64,000 nt of DNA, taken from assembly GCA_034780895.1 (NCBI GenBank), contig JAUZTB010000065.1, forward strand, positions 28,853,724 to 28,917,723. Direction: 5' to 3'. Numbering within the stretch: position 1 is the first letter of the stretch; the number at the start of each line of letters is the position of its first letter. Made by a program: the position numbers and the translations under genes. The stretch comes from Rhynchobatus australiae. Taxonomy: Eukaryota. A model generated the notes under the pieces. That model did not search any database. It was not told the origin of the DNA and worked only from the letters and a program-made list of their open reading frames with translations. Positions 37,451 through 50,870 of this stretch are shown one piece after another.

Positions 37451-39675
37451 TCCGTAAAGTTGACTGCTTTTCCTATCTTTTCAGTTAATTCCTTCATTTT
37501 CAAATAATTCAATCCCTTTTGATATTTTAAAGACACTGCCTTTAAATTTCCCATTCCACCTTAGCTATTTACATAGTTTGTATTTCACTCACCTTCAGGC
37601 TGGCTAAATTACTCTCAAATTTAATCTAAAATTGTGCTTTGATCATTTTTCCCCATAAGCTCCTTTTCCATAAAATTGTTAAGTAACCTTTCTCATTACA
37701 TGTTTGATGTAAAATCACCTGTTCCCTAGTTTGTAATCCTACAAACTGATCAAGAAATCTAACTTGAAGCCTCCACATTCATTCTGTAAATTTAGTTTTC
37801 TAGTCCACATGAAAATTAATTCCCACATAATGACTGCCTTCTCATGATACAGTTCCCTCTCATTACCTGATTTATACCAGGTTACATGGTGTAGGGCAAT
37901 AATGTACTTTCACCACCAGTGTTTTCTACTTGCTTCTTGATTCCATCCAACCTGATTCCATATCTTTCTTTCAAGCTAAAATCCTCCTCTTTACTATTTA
38001 TCTCCTCATTTATTAGAGATGCCTGCTAACATTTCCCACCTTTTTTGTCTCTTCTAAAAGTCGAGCATCCTGGAATACATGGTTCTTAAATATGCAATTG
38101 AGTTGGAGCAAAATCATTTATTTATAACTTTGCTATTCAATTTTGTTGCAAATTGGATATGGCTTATTTATTTTAACTTTGTTGTGTCTCACTTAAGACC
38201 GTAATGTTCCCTATTAACTTTGTCTCTTCTTGAGGCACACAACTAATGTTTATTCAAATTATCACTCTGCTCTACAACCTTTTGTCATTTACCTTAACTA
38301 TTCCTGAATTTACACTTCTCCAAATTCCTCTCATCATCCTTCATTCTACAGATTTAAGTTCTTATCCAGCATTATAGATTTCAATTAACCAAGACTGGTG
38401 CCAGCCAATGGAGTCCAACATAATGGTGGAACTCCCCAGTACTCTGTCACTGTATGAGTTAAACTCCCAGTCTTCCATGCCACTCCTTCGATCATGCATT
38501 TTGTCTTGTAATCTATTTGTCTCTACACTAATGTATGCCTGGTTCAGACTGCAATCTAGCTGTAAGATTTTGTGTTTTTAATTTGGACACTAGTTCCTTC
38601 ACCTCTCCTAGCAGAACCTTTCCTTAGTTCTGGAACTGTTCATTCCTACATGGACAATGACAATTGGATCCCTCCCCTCAATGTATTTTTTTCTAACCAT
38701 GGAGATATGTTAACCCTAATCTGGACAAGTCGCCTTCAAAACTCTCGGTTGTGAATGCAATAAATTCTGTACAACCCATTAAGATTTTGTCCTCTATCAC
38801 AAATATATTTCATTTTACTTCCTCCAGTTGAACAGCCTGTAGCCCTGTCACCATCCTTATAGATTTTTGTTCCAATCCACACAGATTGAGAATTTTGTGT
38901 TTGGGAATTGAATATGCTGAGGCTCCTCCAGAAAATTACCTGGAATCTCCTTACTTGCCTGATTTGCAGTTACACCTTCCATGACCTGATCACTATCTAA
39001 CCCAGGAGCTGTGGCTTGATCCTGTATCAGATTTTCCAGCACTCCCTAATACAGCATGTAGTCTGCGTCTCAGACCCCAGCTCAATGACAGAAGTTCCTT
39101 GAAATTCAGATATTCCATTGTAGGTGCTCTCCACAAGCTCCCAATTGCTGTTTTTTTAGCAGATTGCTTCCACAGCCATAATTCTCAACCCCCATAATTT
39201 TTAAAGTTCATATAAAAATCATCTTTTCTTTAAATNNNNNNNNNNNNNNNNNNNNNNNNNNNNNNNNNNNNNNNNNNNNNNNNNNNNNNNNNNNNNNNNN
39301 NNNNNNNNNNNNNNNNNNNNNNNNNNNNNNNNNNNTTGTTTTAAAACCTTGTACAAGATATTATAAATTAAACAGAGTACTATGTTCAGTTTACAATTAA
39401 AATATATCTCAGGGTTAAAAAGAAATCAGTTATGTGTTAAATGCATGAAAGTTTGAGCAGTAAAATATAAACAGAGTTTATAAACAGGTAAATCTTAACC
39501 CAAATGAACAAACACAAATTTCATAAATTAAATGCTGCACTACTACTGTTTTACAATCTAGTAAACTGAAGGATTATTAAAGCTTGTTGGTCAATGTTAT
39601 AATAATGGAAAAGCTTAATATAAACTTTCAATTTTACTTTAATGCAAACAGTTCCAATAAGTTAAATGCTCTTAC

Positions 39676-39834
39676 TATTATCACTGTGGGATGTGGAATG
39701 GAAGACACCATCGGGAGAGGTTGCAATGTATTCAATGGAGTCACCAAGACGAGGCAGGAAGTCTCTCTTCGATTCAGATCCAAACCACCACCGAACTAAT
39801 ACAGCCTCTATTCCACCACTCAGCAAAATGGTAC
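39676..39834 (-). CDS. WDR75: Isolated WDR75 (UTP17)-like coding exon, 159 bp, phase 1-1; function here uncertain
   Basis: Minus strand reads ttttgcag|GT ACC … GAT AAT A|gtaag. Peptide GTILLSGGIEAVLVRWWFGSESKRDFLPRLGDSIEYIATSPDGVFHSTSHSDN is colinear and gap-free against recalled human WDR75 GTSLLSGGRESVLVEWRDATEKNKEFLPRLGATIEHISVSPAGDLFCTSHSDN. Confidence 0.8.
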
Positions 39835-40270
39835 CTGCAAAACGTAAATGCAACAAGAAAACTGATTGTTGAAGAACAACTTGTTCAAGCCTTTTGCAAG
39901 TAACTACCATGTAAAGATCACATGGCAACAAAACATCCCAACAAACTGTACACCAGGAAAATAAAAGATCCAAGACTCATTTCACATTTCCTGCAGCTTC
40001 CTCTTCTATTCATAATTCAAAGTAAGGAGATTGCCTCCTAAGAATATCATTGGGCTATAATATATTTACCTAAGGACCAACTGATCAACGGGAGTACCAG
40101 CGACATCTTCCAGTTCGTGGGTCAGCTCATTTCTGACTTCCATGCCTGCATGCTGAAACAAAGAGCTTGGAGATGACCTGAAGGCCAGGTGACAGTGCAT
40201 CTGACCTCCTGCCCTGCCACTGGATTCACAGCTGATGTGCCAACCTGAGGGACCATGTGCACTATGATGC

Positions 40271-40322
40271 AATTCTACAGCTTTCCACCAGCCTTAAATT
40301 CTACAGCTTTCCACCAGCCTTA
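40271..40322. repeat. Perfect 26-bp tandem duplication aattctacagctttccaccagcctta x2
   Basis: Read directly from the sequence. Confidence 0.92.
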
Positions 40323-41214
40323 TGTGACCTGCATGGTACGACTCTACTCATGGGAATGGAGTCAACGTCCAATTAGAAATGCAAGCCCAGAGGATGGGTT
40401 TATTTTTCATTATTATGCTTTTAATTTATAATAGATTATAGTATTAAGTACATTGCTTTTCAAACTTTAAAAAAAAGTTATTATTTATATCTATTTGAAC
40501 TAATTATAAATATCTCAAATTATAAGCAGCAAGTTATTAAAATGTCAGTTGTTCCAGGCTAGGGTCTGATCAATCTGCTTTGCAGTTTGGCTGTACTACC
40601 CAGGCCTCCAGACTGAATGATCCTGCAGAGCTTTCCAAGATGAGTGCACCCATCTGGAAAAATGTGCGGTGGTTGGGATGCAAGTGCGCAGTGGGGTAGC
40701 AGTTACTCGAAGCCTTCCTCACACATGAACTCAGTAACAACGTCCAACAGCAGCTCAGATGGCAGCACTCATGCAATTCAGAAAGTTAATATTTGTAACT
40801 CTGCTCCTGAGATAAGCAGAGAAATCTAGGCTAATTTTTCACTGCATTTCTGCAAGTGACAGGATGCACTTAAACTTAGAAATGACAAAAAAGTTTTAAA
40901 CTCAGGTAGACTGCTGGCCTGGTCCCATTCCAATTTACCAATTCATTGCCAGAGAATCCCCTACAACTTCCATTCTTTACCTCTGGAATCACAGAACCTC
41001 ATGTCAAGCTGTGGCATTGCTTGTTCCTTTTTCTCCCAAGCCATGCAAATTATTTCTGCTCAAGAAAGCAATTAAGTCTGTGACAATAGGATCTTGATAC
41101 CTGTTCTAGGCATACCAGTGAATTGCTGTTTGACTTGTTTAACAGGGCCACAACTGCTAAATGAGTCAAAAAAATTATAGACAAAGACAGTATTCTCCAT
41201 TTTAATCTTAAATA

Positions 41215-41712
41215 TAGAATAATACAGCATTTGAAAAGACCCTTTGGACCACAATATTGTATCAAATTAAGGTAATCCCTTCTGCCTGCAAAGGGTCCAT
41301 ATCCCTCCATTCTCTGCAATATCTATGTGCCTAAGAGCTTCTTAAGAGACTATCATATCTGCCTCCACATTCCAGGCACCCACCGCTTTTTGATTTAAAA
41401 AAAACCCTGCCCTGAACATCTCCTTCGAACTTGTCCCCCTTCTACCTTAAATGCATGCCTTCTAGTATTAGACATTTTGACCCTGGCTCTATGCCTCTCA
41501 TAATTTTCTAAATTTCAATCAGGTCTCCACTCAGTCTCTGCCGCTCAAGAGAAAAGCAAGATGAGTGTGTCAGACCCCTCCATATTGGTTCTAATCAGCA
41601 TCCTGGTAAGCCTCTTCCACACCCTCTCTATAGCCTCCACATCCTTCCCATAATGGGGTAACAAGAATTGAATGCAATACTGCAGATGCCACCTAACTGG
41701 AGTTTTGTATCC
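41215..41712 (-). mobile_element. CR1 3' end
   Basis: YKTPVRWHLQYCIQFLLPHYGKDVEAIERVWKRLTRML on the minus strand, plus tail. Confidence 0.85.
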
Positions 41713-42189
41713 TGCTGGAGGGAATACTTGTCTGGCATATAGAACATTACAGCACAGCACAGTTCCCTCGGCCCATGATGTTGCGCTGACATTTTGTCCT
41801 GCTCTAATATGTTTCCTACATGCCAAAGGTACATTTTTATTAGAAGCATGGTTCTATCTGGAAACAGAAATTATCAATTTTCTAATATTTGATTAGCAAA
41901 TAACAGTCTTCAATGCACTCCACAGCTGCACAGTCTTCTGTACAGAACAAATTCCACTTTTCATCCATAATCTATTTGGTTAATCTTGTATTTGTGAACT
42001 CTTGTTCACTTAGTCACTGGAATTATTGGAAATTGTGCCTATCTGATGCCTTTATAATTTTAACCACTGCTATCAAATTATTCACAAGAACACAAAATTC
42101 AGCTGCTTTGGATTCAGAATTATTAACCCGAGGTTACCGTTCCTGTGGAAAGATTGCCGGTGAAATTTTCCCTATGGATCAACTGTGAC

Positions 42190-43315
42190 AAAGGAGCTGA
42201 GCAGAAGTAATCCACCTGGCCCCTTGTACCTGCAATACCATTCAATTTGGTCACAGCTGATATGCCCTGGGCCTCAATTCCTCTTGTGTTTCAGTTTCCT
42301 TTAGCTTGCAATTTCCTGATCTTTCAAACATTAATCTGCCTCCTCTTTATGTACCTCCAGTGATCTCTGAAACACCACCCACCAGCCCAGCAGAGAGTTC
42401 CAGAAATTCACCACCCTCTGTGAGAAGAAATTTTTCTGCACCTTTGTTTTAAATGACTGCCCCCCTGTAGTTACATTCCCTCATTCAAGACTCTTCCACT
42501 TGGGGAAACATCTCAACATTTACCTTGTCGTGCCCCCTTAGGATCTTGCACGTTTCAATATGATCACCCCTTGTTTTTCTAAACCTCAAAGAGTACAGAT
42601 CCACGCTCTTTAGTTGTTCATGATAGGACAGCCCTCTCATCCCTATTGAATCTCTTCAGGGCTGCCTCCAATGTTAGTACATCCTTAAATAAAGGGATCA
42701 AAACTGTACATAGTACTCCAGGTGCAGTCTCACCAGTACCCAATACTTTTCTATTTCTAAACTCCTCTACCCTTGCAATAAAGGGCAATATCCCATTTGC
42801 CTTCCTATCTACTTGTTGCTAACTTTTTGTGTTTCATGCACAAGAACACCTAGGTCCCTCTGAAGTCCACTTATTTGCAATTTCTCTTCATTTAGATCAT
42901 GATCTGTCTTTTATTCCTCTACCTATGTGTAGAACCTCATACTGTCCTTGCCACATTTCCCCCCACTCACTCAAACTAACTATAACCTGTTGCAGAGTCC
43001 AAGTATCCTTGTTGCAACATGACCTCCCATCCATTTTCATATCATCACCTTATACACTGGCCACTCCTCCAAGTCATTCATGTTGGTAATAAAGAAGCAA
43101 GAGTCAAGAACTGATTCTTCAGACGCTCTGCTAGTTATGTCTTCCGACATGAAAAAGATTCATTTATTCCAACTATCTATGATAATCAGTCATTAATCCA
43201 CGTTAGCACATTTTGCTCAGTACCCTGACCTTTCATCTTGTACACCTACCTTTTTATGACACCTGGATCTCCAAATACAATCTGGAGATCCATATACATG
43301 ACTTCTACAGATTCT
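42190..43315 (-). mobile_element. Old CR1 3' portion
   Basis: Reverse CR1 words: aactgtacatagtactccaggtgcagtctcacc, ttcaccaccctctgtgagaagaaatt, ggggaaacatc. Confidence 0.8.
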
Positions 43316-44892
43316 CCTCTGTGTAATTTGGAGGGGCCTCTTAAATATGTTCACCCACTTCCTTCAGGAGTCATGAATATATTGCATGAGTAGGTCATGA
43401 TATTTTGTCTGTTAATTTCTCCAATATATTTATTTATTACAATATTACCATTTTAACCAGAGAAAATTCTTCTCTCAGCACTGAAGCAACACACTTGTTA
43501 CATTTAATCTTGCGCTCTATTAACGTACTGCTCTCCACTTTCAGGTGGCAGCACACTTCTCTTACTAAAATATTGTGGAGTATTTAAACTTAGGAGTTCA
43601 ATGGCATAACTTTTTTCAGAATAATGCAATTGAAAATTGATTTTTCCTGAAACATGATAATGACTATTTCCAGGATGTTTCTCAGAAAGTTAACTGGGCG
43701 TTTCCCCTGAATGAGCCATTTCTGGCACTGGACATCAATCTCCACGTAATATCCTTTTTTCAGCGTTGCTGGTGTAAGTCTGTACTGCTTGTTGCTGACT
43801 ACATGCAAACCAAACAGATTTCCATTACATTGCAGCTGCACAATGTGAGGGATGACACAATCTCTCTTAAAAAATACAGTGCAACATTCTGAAGGTTGCC
43901 TGGTTATTCTAAAGGTAATCACCAATTTTTTTACTAACCTTGATAACTCCCCACAATGGGTGCATTTGTGGTGCTCCCATTGGTTTTGCTGGAAGACTTG
44001 GAACTGAACTACTAGCATCTCCTACTTTGTCAACATCTGCTGCTTAAAGTCCAATCTAGTAAACAGGTGAGCAGAGCCGTTGCCTGAAGGTCTTCAGCAA
44101 AAAGAGGAGGAAGGCGAAGAGAAAGACCGATGTGGATCCTCATTAATAGTACCCACATTATGCACCGTGAAAGAACTGAATGGCAGACAGAGTGGTTAGC
44201 TAGACCGTGGCCCAATTCACCATAGCGGCACGAGGCTTTGAATGGCATTGATGCAGAGACCAAGATCACCATGCTGCCAAAGTGTCAACAGGGGCTGGTA
44301 AAGAACTGTGTTTCACCTCAAGGGTAGGGGTTCTCCTAACTCCTCAGTGCCTCCTGGGAGAAATGAGAGAGTAATTCCCTCATATTCTTGGATACCTTGC
44401 GCATTGTATTTACAGGCTGGACAATGCGCCAATTTTTACTATGAATGGCCACGAGCCTCCTGAATAGTCCTCTCTTAGGGCCCTCACCAGTGGGGGAGTG
44501 AGAGCTGTTCCTGAGTGACCAGAACATTGCGGGCCAAGGCAGTACATATCAATTCTAAGCCTAGGGTGTAGAGGTCTCGCCTTCAAGAATCCTATGAGGT
44601 CATGACCCTTTTTCCCGTACTATTCCAAGTTTCCTGAATGTTGCTTCTATAGGTCAGCCTCCCCACTGCTTCCTGCCAGCCCTGACGGCCCTTGCCCTAA
44701 TTGGCATCCTGGCTCCTCCTGCACAGAGAACTCCACCCACCTGTCCTACTGCTGTTTTTCAGCTGATTGCAAAATATCGCCCATTGCTGCGATGCAATTA
44801 CATGTAAGTAACCCAATTTATTCTCCGTATATTGAATATTGCAATGCTTGAATATTATTATTTGTATTCCTTTAGTTCAAATTAGCACTTTG

Positions 44893-45123
44893 TTGTCCAT
44901 GGGGATGGTACCGGAGAATTGGAGGGTGGCGAATGTTGTCCCCTTGTTCAAAAAAGGTAGTAGGGATAGTCCAGGGAATTACAGACCAACGGGTCTCATG
45001 TCTGTGGTGGGCAAGCTGTTAGAAAGGATTCCGAGGGATAGGATCCATGAGCATTTAGAGAATCATGGACTGATTAGGGACAGCCAGCATGGCTTTGTGA
45101 AGGGAAGATCTTGCCTCACAAGC
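44893..45123 (+). mobile_element. Relatively young CR1 RT fragment, truncated by a gap
   Basis: Open frame VPENWRVANVVPLFKKGSRDSPGNYRPTGLMSVVGKLLERIPRDRIHEHLENHGLIRDSQHGFVKGRSCLT. Confidence 0.92.
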
Positions 45124-45579
45124 NNNNNNNNNNNNNNNNNNNNNNNNNNNNNNNNNNNNNNNNNNNNNNNNNNNNNNNNNNNNNNNNNNNNNNNNNNNNN
45201 NNNNNNNNNNNNNNNNNNNNNNNNNNNNNNNNNNNNNNNNNNNNNNNNNNNNNNNNNNNNNNNNNNNNNNNNNNNNNNNNNNNNNNNNNNNNNNNNNNNN
45301 NNNNNNNNNNNNNNNNNNNNNNNNNNNNNNNNNNNNNNNNNNNNNNNNNNNNNNNNNNNNNNNNNNNNNNNNNNNNNNNNNNNNNNNNNNNNNNNNNNNN
45401 NNNNNNNNNNNNNNNNNNNNNNNNNNNNNNNNNNNNNNNNNNNNNNNNNNNNNNNNNNNNNNNNNNNNNNNNNNNNNNNNNNNNNNNNNNNNNNNNNNNN
45501 NNNNNNNNNNNNNNNNNNNNNNNNNNNNNNNNNNNNNNNNNNNNNNNNNNNNNNNNNNNNNNNNNNNNNNNNNNNNNNT

Positions 45580-45705
45580 AGATTGTGAGGTCAAGAGTCC
45601 ATCTCATCGTACAAGGGAACCGTTCAATAGTCTTATCACCGTGGGATAGAAGCTGCCCTTGAGCCTGGTGGTGTGTGCCCTCAGGCTCCTGTATCTTTTG
45701 CCTGG
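45580..45705 (-). mobile_element. Rex1/Babar-type 3' fragment
   Basis: Nearly identical to 55096-55215 (gattgtgaggtcaagagtccatctcat…gagcctggtgg). Confidence 0.7.
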
Positions 45706-45924
45706 TTGTGTGGTGAATGTTCCCTCCACTGCAGGCTGTAATTGGAGCCTCTGGATGAAATCTAGAACCAAAAGATATCATGCTGTCATATCAATGTCTT
45801 GTCCATGGCATTTTCCAGGCTGACTTTTCAATACCAAGCATTAGATCTGCCTGAACTGATCAATGTATTTTTATAAAGATCAATGCTGATCTACAATGCT
45901 GTGACAACTGGCCACAGGTCCATT

Positions 45925-46200
45925 AATCCCAGCTGTTCACATCATTCCCCCCATTCCCCCACCTACCTATCTTCCCCCTCTCACCTGGATTCACCTATCA
46001 CCTGCCAGCTCATGCTCCTCCCCCTCCCCCCACCCTTTTATTCGGGCTTCTGTCCCCTTTCTCTCCAGTCCTGATGGAAGGTCTTGGCCTGAAATATCCA
46101 CTGTTCATTTCCCTCCATAGCTTCTGCCTGACCCATTGAGTTCCTCCAGTGCTTTGTGTGTTGCTCCAGATTTCCAGCATCTACAGTCTCTTGTGTCTCC
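45925..46200 (+). mobile_element. Penelope-derived repeat with hammerhead motif (46066-46103)
   Basis: cagtcctgatggaaggtcttggcctgaaatatccactg followed by the family terminal sequence. Confidence 0.7.
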
Positions 46201-46877
46201 ATTACTTCACATTTTCCTTTTAAGAGTTAATGCTTAATACAAACATACTGGTTATTCTTTCTTCATACGTTCATGTTCAAAAATACCAAAATCTAATGAG
46301 TGTCCTCAACAGACCATTTTAGTTTGAACTTTGGAGCGTGGTGTACCTGTAGATTTGTCTCCTCAGCCCATAATTAACTTTCATTTTTGAAGTACTCAGC
46401 AGGTCAAAAACATTACAAAGATCTATATCAAATTCTAAGAATGAAAAATGTAGCTACAANNNNNNNNNNNNNNNNNNNNNNAACAGCCAATAGATTCTGC
46501 ACACAGCAAAACAAAATCTAACGATAAAATACTTGAACATTATCTAATCTTCATTCAATGTATTTTTAATGGACAATAAACGTTGCTGTTTACTCAGGCC
46601 CATTTCCTCAATTATACCAGCAGCTGCAACTTTAACACTGACGTCAAGTGGAAATGCATTTACCAATATGCACACATATTGCAACACAACAGCAAACAGT
46701 CCTGTTCATTCATTACGATTCTCCAATTCAATAATACCTATTAATCATATGGCAGACTGACATGGGTAGATATGGAGCAGACCCATATCTGTAATCGTTC
46801 CTTGGTTATGATTCTGGCAATGTACTTGTTATTAGTAAACATTATTTCTACTGCATTTTCCCTTACTTGTCAATGGA

Positions 46878-47104
46878 AACATAGAAAATAGAAACAGGCG
46901 TAGGCCATTTGACTCTTCAAGCCTCCTCCACCATTCAACACAATCATGTTTGATCCTCTATTTCAATACTACATTCTATTCTCTCTCCATATCCCTTGAT
47001 GCATTTATGTCTAGAAATCTACCTCAGTCTTAAATACATTCACTGACTTGGCATCCACTGTCTTCTGTGGTAGAGATTTCCACAGGTTCACCACACTCTG
47101 GATG
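46878..47104 (-). mobile_element. CR1 3' tail
   Basis: IQSVVNLWKSLPQKTVDAKSVNVFKTEVD on the minus strand, plus tail. Confidence 0.85.
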
Positions 47105-49639
47105 NNNNNNNNNNNNNNNNNNNNNNNNNNNNNNNNNNNNNNNNNNNNNNNNNNNNNNNNNNNNNNNNNNNNNNNNNNNNNNNNNNNNNNNNNNNNNNNN
47201 NNNNNNNNNNNNNNNNNNNNNNNNNNNNNNNNNNNNNNNNNNNNNNNNNNNNNNNNNNNNNNNNNNNNNNNNNNNNNNNNNNNNNNNNNNNNNNNNNNNN
47301 NNNNNNNNNNNNNNNNNNNNNNNNNNNNNNNNNNNNNNNNNNNNNNNNNNNNNNNNNNNNNNNNNNNNNNNNNNNNNNNNNNNNNNNNNNNNNNNNNNNN
47401 NNNNNNNNNNNNNNNNNNNNNNNNNNNNNNNNNNNNNNNNNNNNTGCTTTCCCAAATGCTTATAAATGCCACATGTTTACTTGCAGAACCTCAAGGAGCA
47501 TCAAGTTGAGATCCCTCCCCTCTACCAGTACTTACTGTTTAAAGCTACTCTTTTCCTATGTTTCTTCATATTTCCCCACATTATTTGCTATAGTCTGCCA
47601 TTTTCCCCAACTCACTTAACCTTACTAGATCTCTTTGTATTTTAGCAATTTCTGTTTTTATACCAAATTTTCTTTAAAGTGCCTGAGATAACGAGTACTG
47701 GCGATTCACTACAAATTCCAGGGCACATTGGTGGGCCAACATCTGGTACAAACATGGGCATATTACCTACTGACCAAAGAGGGTGGCTTTTCACCACCCT
47801 ACAATTTTTAGGACCTAGAGTGAACTCCTCTGGGATGGTCCTCTCAGAGTGGAAATCAAGATTAACATTGGATAATTTATTCCTGGGTTTTTGTTTCCTT
47901 TTCCATTGGATAATGAGGAAGCATTAAAGTTTTCTCATCAATTTTCTGAAAACCTTCTGATGCAAATTACCTTCTGATTTGTTGTACAGTAATTCTTGTC
48001 TTTTATAGGAAATGTTATGTATGCAGTTCTATAATATTTACAATCTTATTATGTTGACATAGTGTAATTAGCTGAATTGGTCTGTTTTAGGCACCTGCTG
48101 CTCTACTGCTGTGACTATTAACATTTTAACCATTTATGACTGCCTTTCAGGTGGTGCTGCAATATTTCGCATGAGATATGCAGTTCACTAGTCTGAATCC
48201 ACAATGGGTAAGTCCACGTGTTATATAATTATGTTGCTTTTGAAGAAACGTTCAAATATAATAAAGCAAGAAGCTTACTGGTAGAGGTAGGCACTCAGGG
48301 TTTGTCAAAAGACTGTGTAACTTGAGTAATATGATGGTGAGTTCAGAATTCCTCTGGTTACACAGTATAGCAACATTGTAAATATTGTGATAATATCTTC
48401 TGTTTGCCATGTATAAGGAAGCAAAGACAAGAGCATAATTTGGTCTTTTTTTCACCTTGTTTCACTCTCCACACATCTTGCCTCAGCAATATTTCCAGCA
48501 TTCTATTTTTATTTCAAGAATATAACTATTTTACTATGAATCTTGGACAGGCAATTTCTTCTCAAAAGCTTTTAAGATATTGTCCAAAAAGCCACAGAAG
48601 GAAATATTATTAGGCCAGAACTTGGAATTATCAGCAGTGCTGAATGTATACCCCCTACAATTTTCTGGAGGTTCAGGATTTCTGGACAGATGTAGAAATC
48701 TCAAACTTCCAAGTGGAGCTCTGCCAGTTATTTCCAAGTTACCCACTGACATTGGATTCCACGTGGAGCCCAGAGGTGGGGGATGGACTCTGTGATTTCC
48801 CCAGCAGTTATGTGTTCAATCTGTCCACTGAACCTGTGCCAGGTTAGACTGAAAACAAGAATGGTAATCCCATTCTTTTTGGTCTATTTGACATTGTGGT
48901 CAAGTAAGTGCTATGATGGAGGTGAGATAGGCCGTGAGACTGTTGTAAATGAGAACTAGAGTTGTATTTACTGATGAATGAAGTGAGATGGCCTGAATTG
49001 GGCTCTATATGTAGCTTCTCCCTTCCCTTTTCTCCTAGCTCTATCCCTCTTGCTCCTTAAAGACTGATCACATGGCTGGTCTGAGGACATGTCCTCATGT
49101 TGGTGTGGTTGTGCAGTGTACTACAGACTCGTCCCAATATTGACTGAGAGATTTTACAAAAATCTCTAACTCCATCTTGGAAGGAATTGGACACATAGTC
49201 TCAGTGACTTTTCTGAAGCGCACAAGAACACAAGAAAATGGGAGCGGGAATAGGCCACGTGGCCCACAAGCCTGCCCTGTCATTCAATGTGTTTGTGGCT
49301 GATTTACCCCAGGCCTCAACTCTTCCTCTGTACCAGATACACATAGCCTTCAATCCCCTGAGCTGGGAGTCCACTGAGGTTGCAATAATGGCCAGAGCAG
49401 GTGATAGGTTTCAGAAAAGCCACTTGCCCTGGTCAAGGCTGAGATTCAGGTAGGACAGTTGCTCCCTGATATTTATTATTCTATATTATTTATTGCCTAA
49501 TTAAGCAATATTGCTTCCTGCTGAAAATCACACCTCTTTATATCATGCCTCAACTTCTCCAACAATAGGAACAATTTGCATTTGCTCAGCACCTCCATAG
49601 TAGTAAACATTACTGGTGTGTTAGCAAATGAGGTAAATG

Positions 49640-50240
49640 TCAAAGTTGAGTTTATTGTCATATACACAAGTACAATGTATGCACAGGTACAATGAAAAAC
49701 TTACCTGCCGCAGCATCACAGACACATAGCATCATATAAGCAGTATTCAAAAGAAAAACATAAACATANNNNNNNNNNNNNNNNNNNNNNNNNNNNNNNN
49801 NNNNNNNNNNNNNNNNNNNNNNNNNNNNNNNNNNNNNNNNNNNNNNNNNNNNNNNNNNNNNNNNNNNNNNNNNNNNNNNNNNNNNNNNNNNNNNNNNNNN
49901 NNNNNNNNNNNNNNNNNNNNNNNNNNNNNNAGGAGCTGTTCTTTAAGCTGGTGGTGTGGGACTTCATACTTCTGAAAATGGTATTGGAGCTGTGCTTAGC
50001 CATGCAGTCATGTGTGTGTAGAGAGTGGAACAGTGGGATAAGTGCACAGCCTTGAGGTGCACCTATGTTGATGATCAGTGAGGAGGAGGTGTTGTTACCA
50101 ATTCTCACTGATTGAGATCTGCCGATGAGGATGTCAAGGATCCAGTTGCAGAGGGAGGTACAAAGGGCCAGGTCTTGAAGCTTGATGATGAGTTTGGATC
50201 AGATGAACGTGTTGATGAACAGCAGCCTGATGTATGAGTT
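49640..50240 (-). mobile_element. Rex1/Babar LINE, internally deleted
   Basis: [44 protein letters not shown] (Rex1-type RT) is joined directly to the C-terminal [13 protein letters not shown] and the 3' tail. Confidence 0.8.
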
Positions 50241-50354
50241 CCTGTTGTTCAGATGGTCCAGAGCAAACTTGACAGAGTGCCACATAAGGAAATATTAAGA
50301 AAGAAAACTTGAGGGGAGTCTTTGGATCTTGGAACTGTGGGAAGGAGGGAGGTA

Positions 50355-50870
50355 AAGGAAAGATATCATTAAGCTGGAAAGAATGCAATGAAGATTTACG
50401 AGAATATTGTCAGGACTCAAGGGCCTGAGTTATAGGGAGAGGTTGAACAAGCTAGGACTTTATTCATTGGAGTGTGGGAGACTGAGGGGTGACCTCATAG
50501 AGGTGTATATAATCATGAGAGGCAAAGATAGGGTGAATGCACACAGTCTTTTTCCCAAGGAAAAGGGAATCAAAAACTGGAGGGAATAGGTTTAAGGTGA
50601 GAAGGGAAAGATTTAAAAGGGACCTGAGGGGCAACTTCTTCATGCAGAGGGTGGTGCGTTTATGGAATGAGCTGCCAGTGGAGGTGGTTGAGGCAGGTGC
50701 AGTAACAACATTTAAAAGACACTTGGACAGGTACATGAACAGGGAAGGTTTAGAAGGATTTAGGTCAATGTGGGCAAATGGCACTGGCTGAGATGGGCAT
50801 CATGGTCAGCATAGACGAGTTGGGCCGAAGGGCCTGTTTCCATGCTGTATTACTCTTATGGCTCTATGAC
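50355..50870 (+). mobile_element. CR1 3' end, well preserved, 5'-truncated
   Basis: LSYRERLNKLGLYSLECGRLRGDLIEVY…FFMQRVVRLWNELP…FKRHLDRYMN, then tail tactcttatggctctatgac. Confidence 0.93.

Noticed and set aside
40070-40152. Minus-strand pseudo-exon (tttcag|…TAG|gtaaat) next to the WDR75 exon
   Set aside because: The only open frame (HAGMEVRNEL…) is not WDR75-like and is phase-incompatible; the compatible frame has a stop.
40271-40322. Direct repeats as a CRISPR-like array
   Set aside because: Two adjacent copies with no spacer, in vertebrate DNA; a simple tandem duplication.
43590-44018. 142-aa minus-strand ORF
   Set aside because: No recognisable homology, a non-ATG start, and no convincing exon structure.
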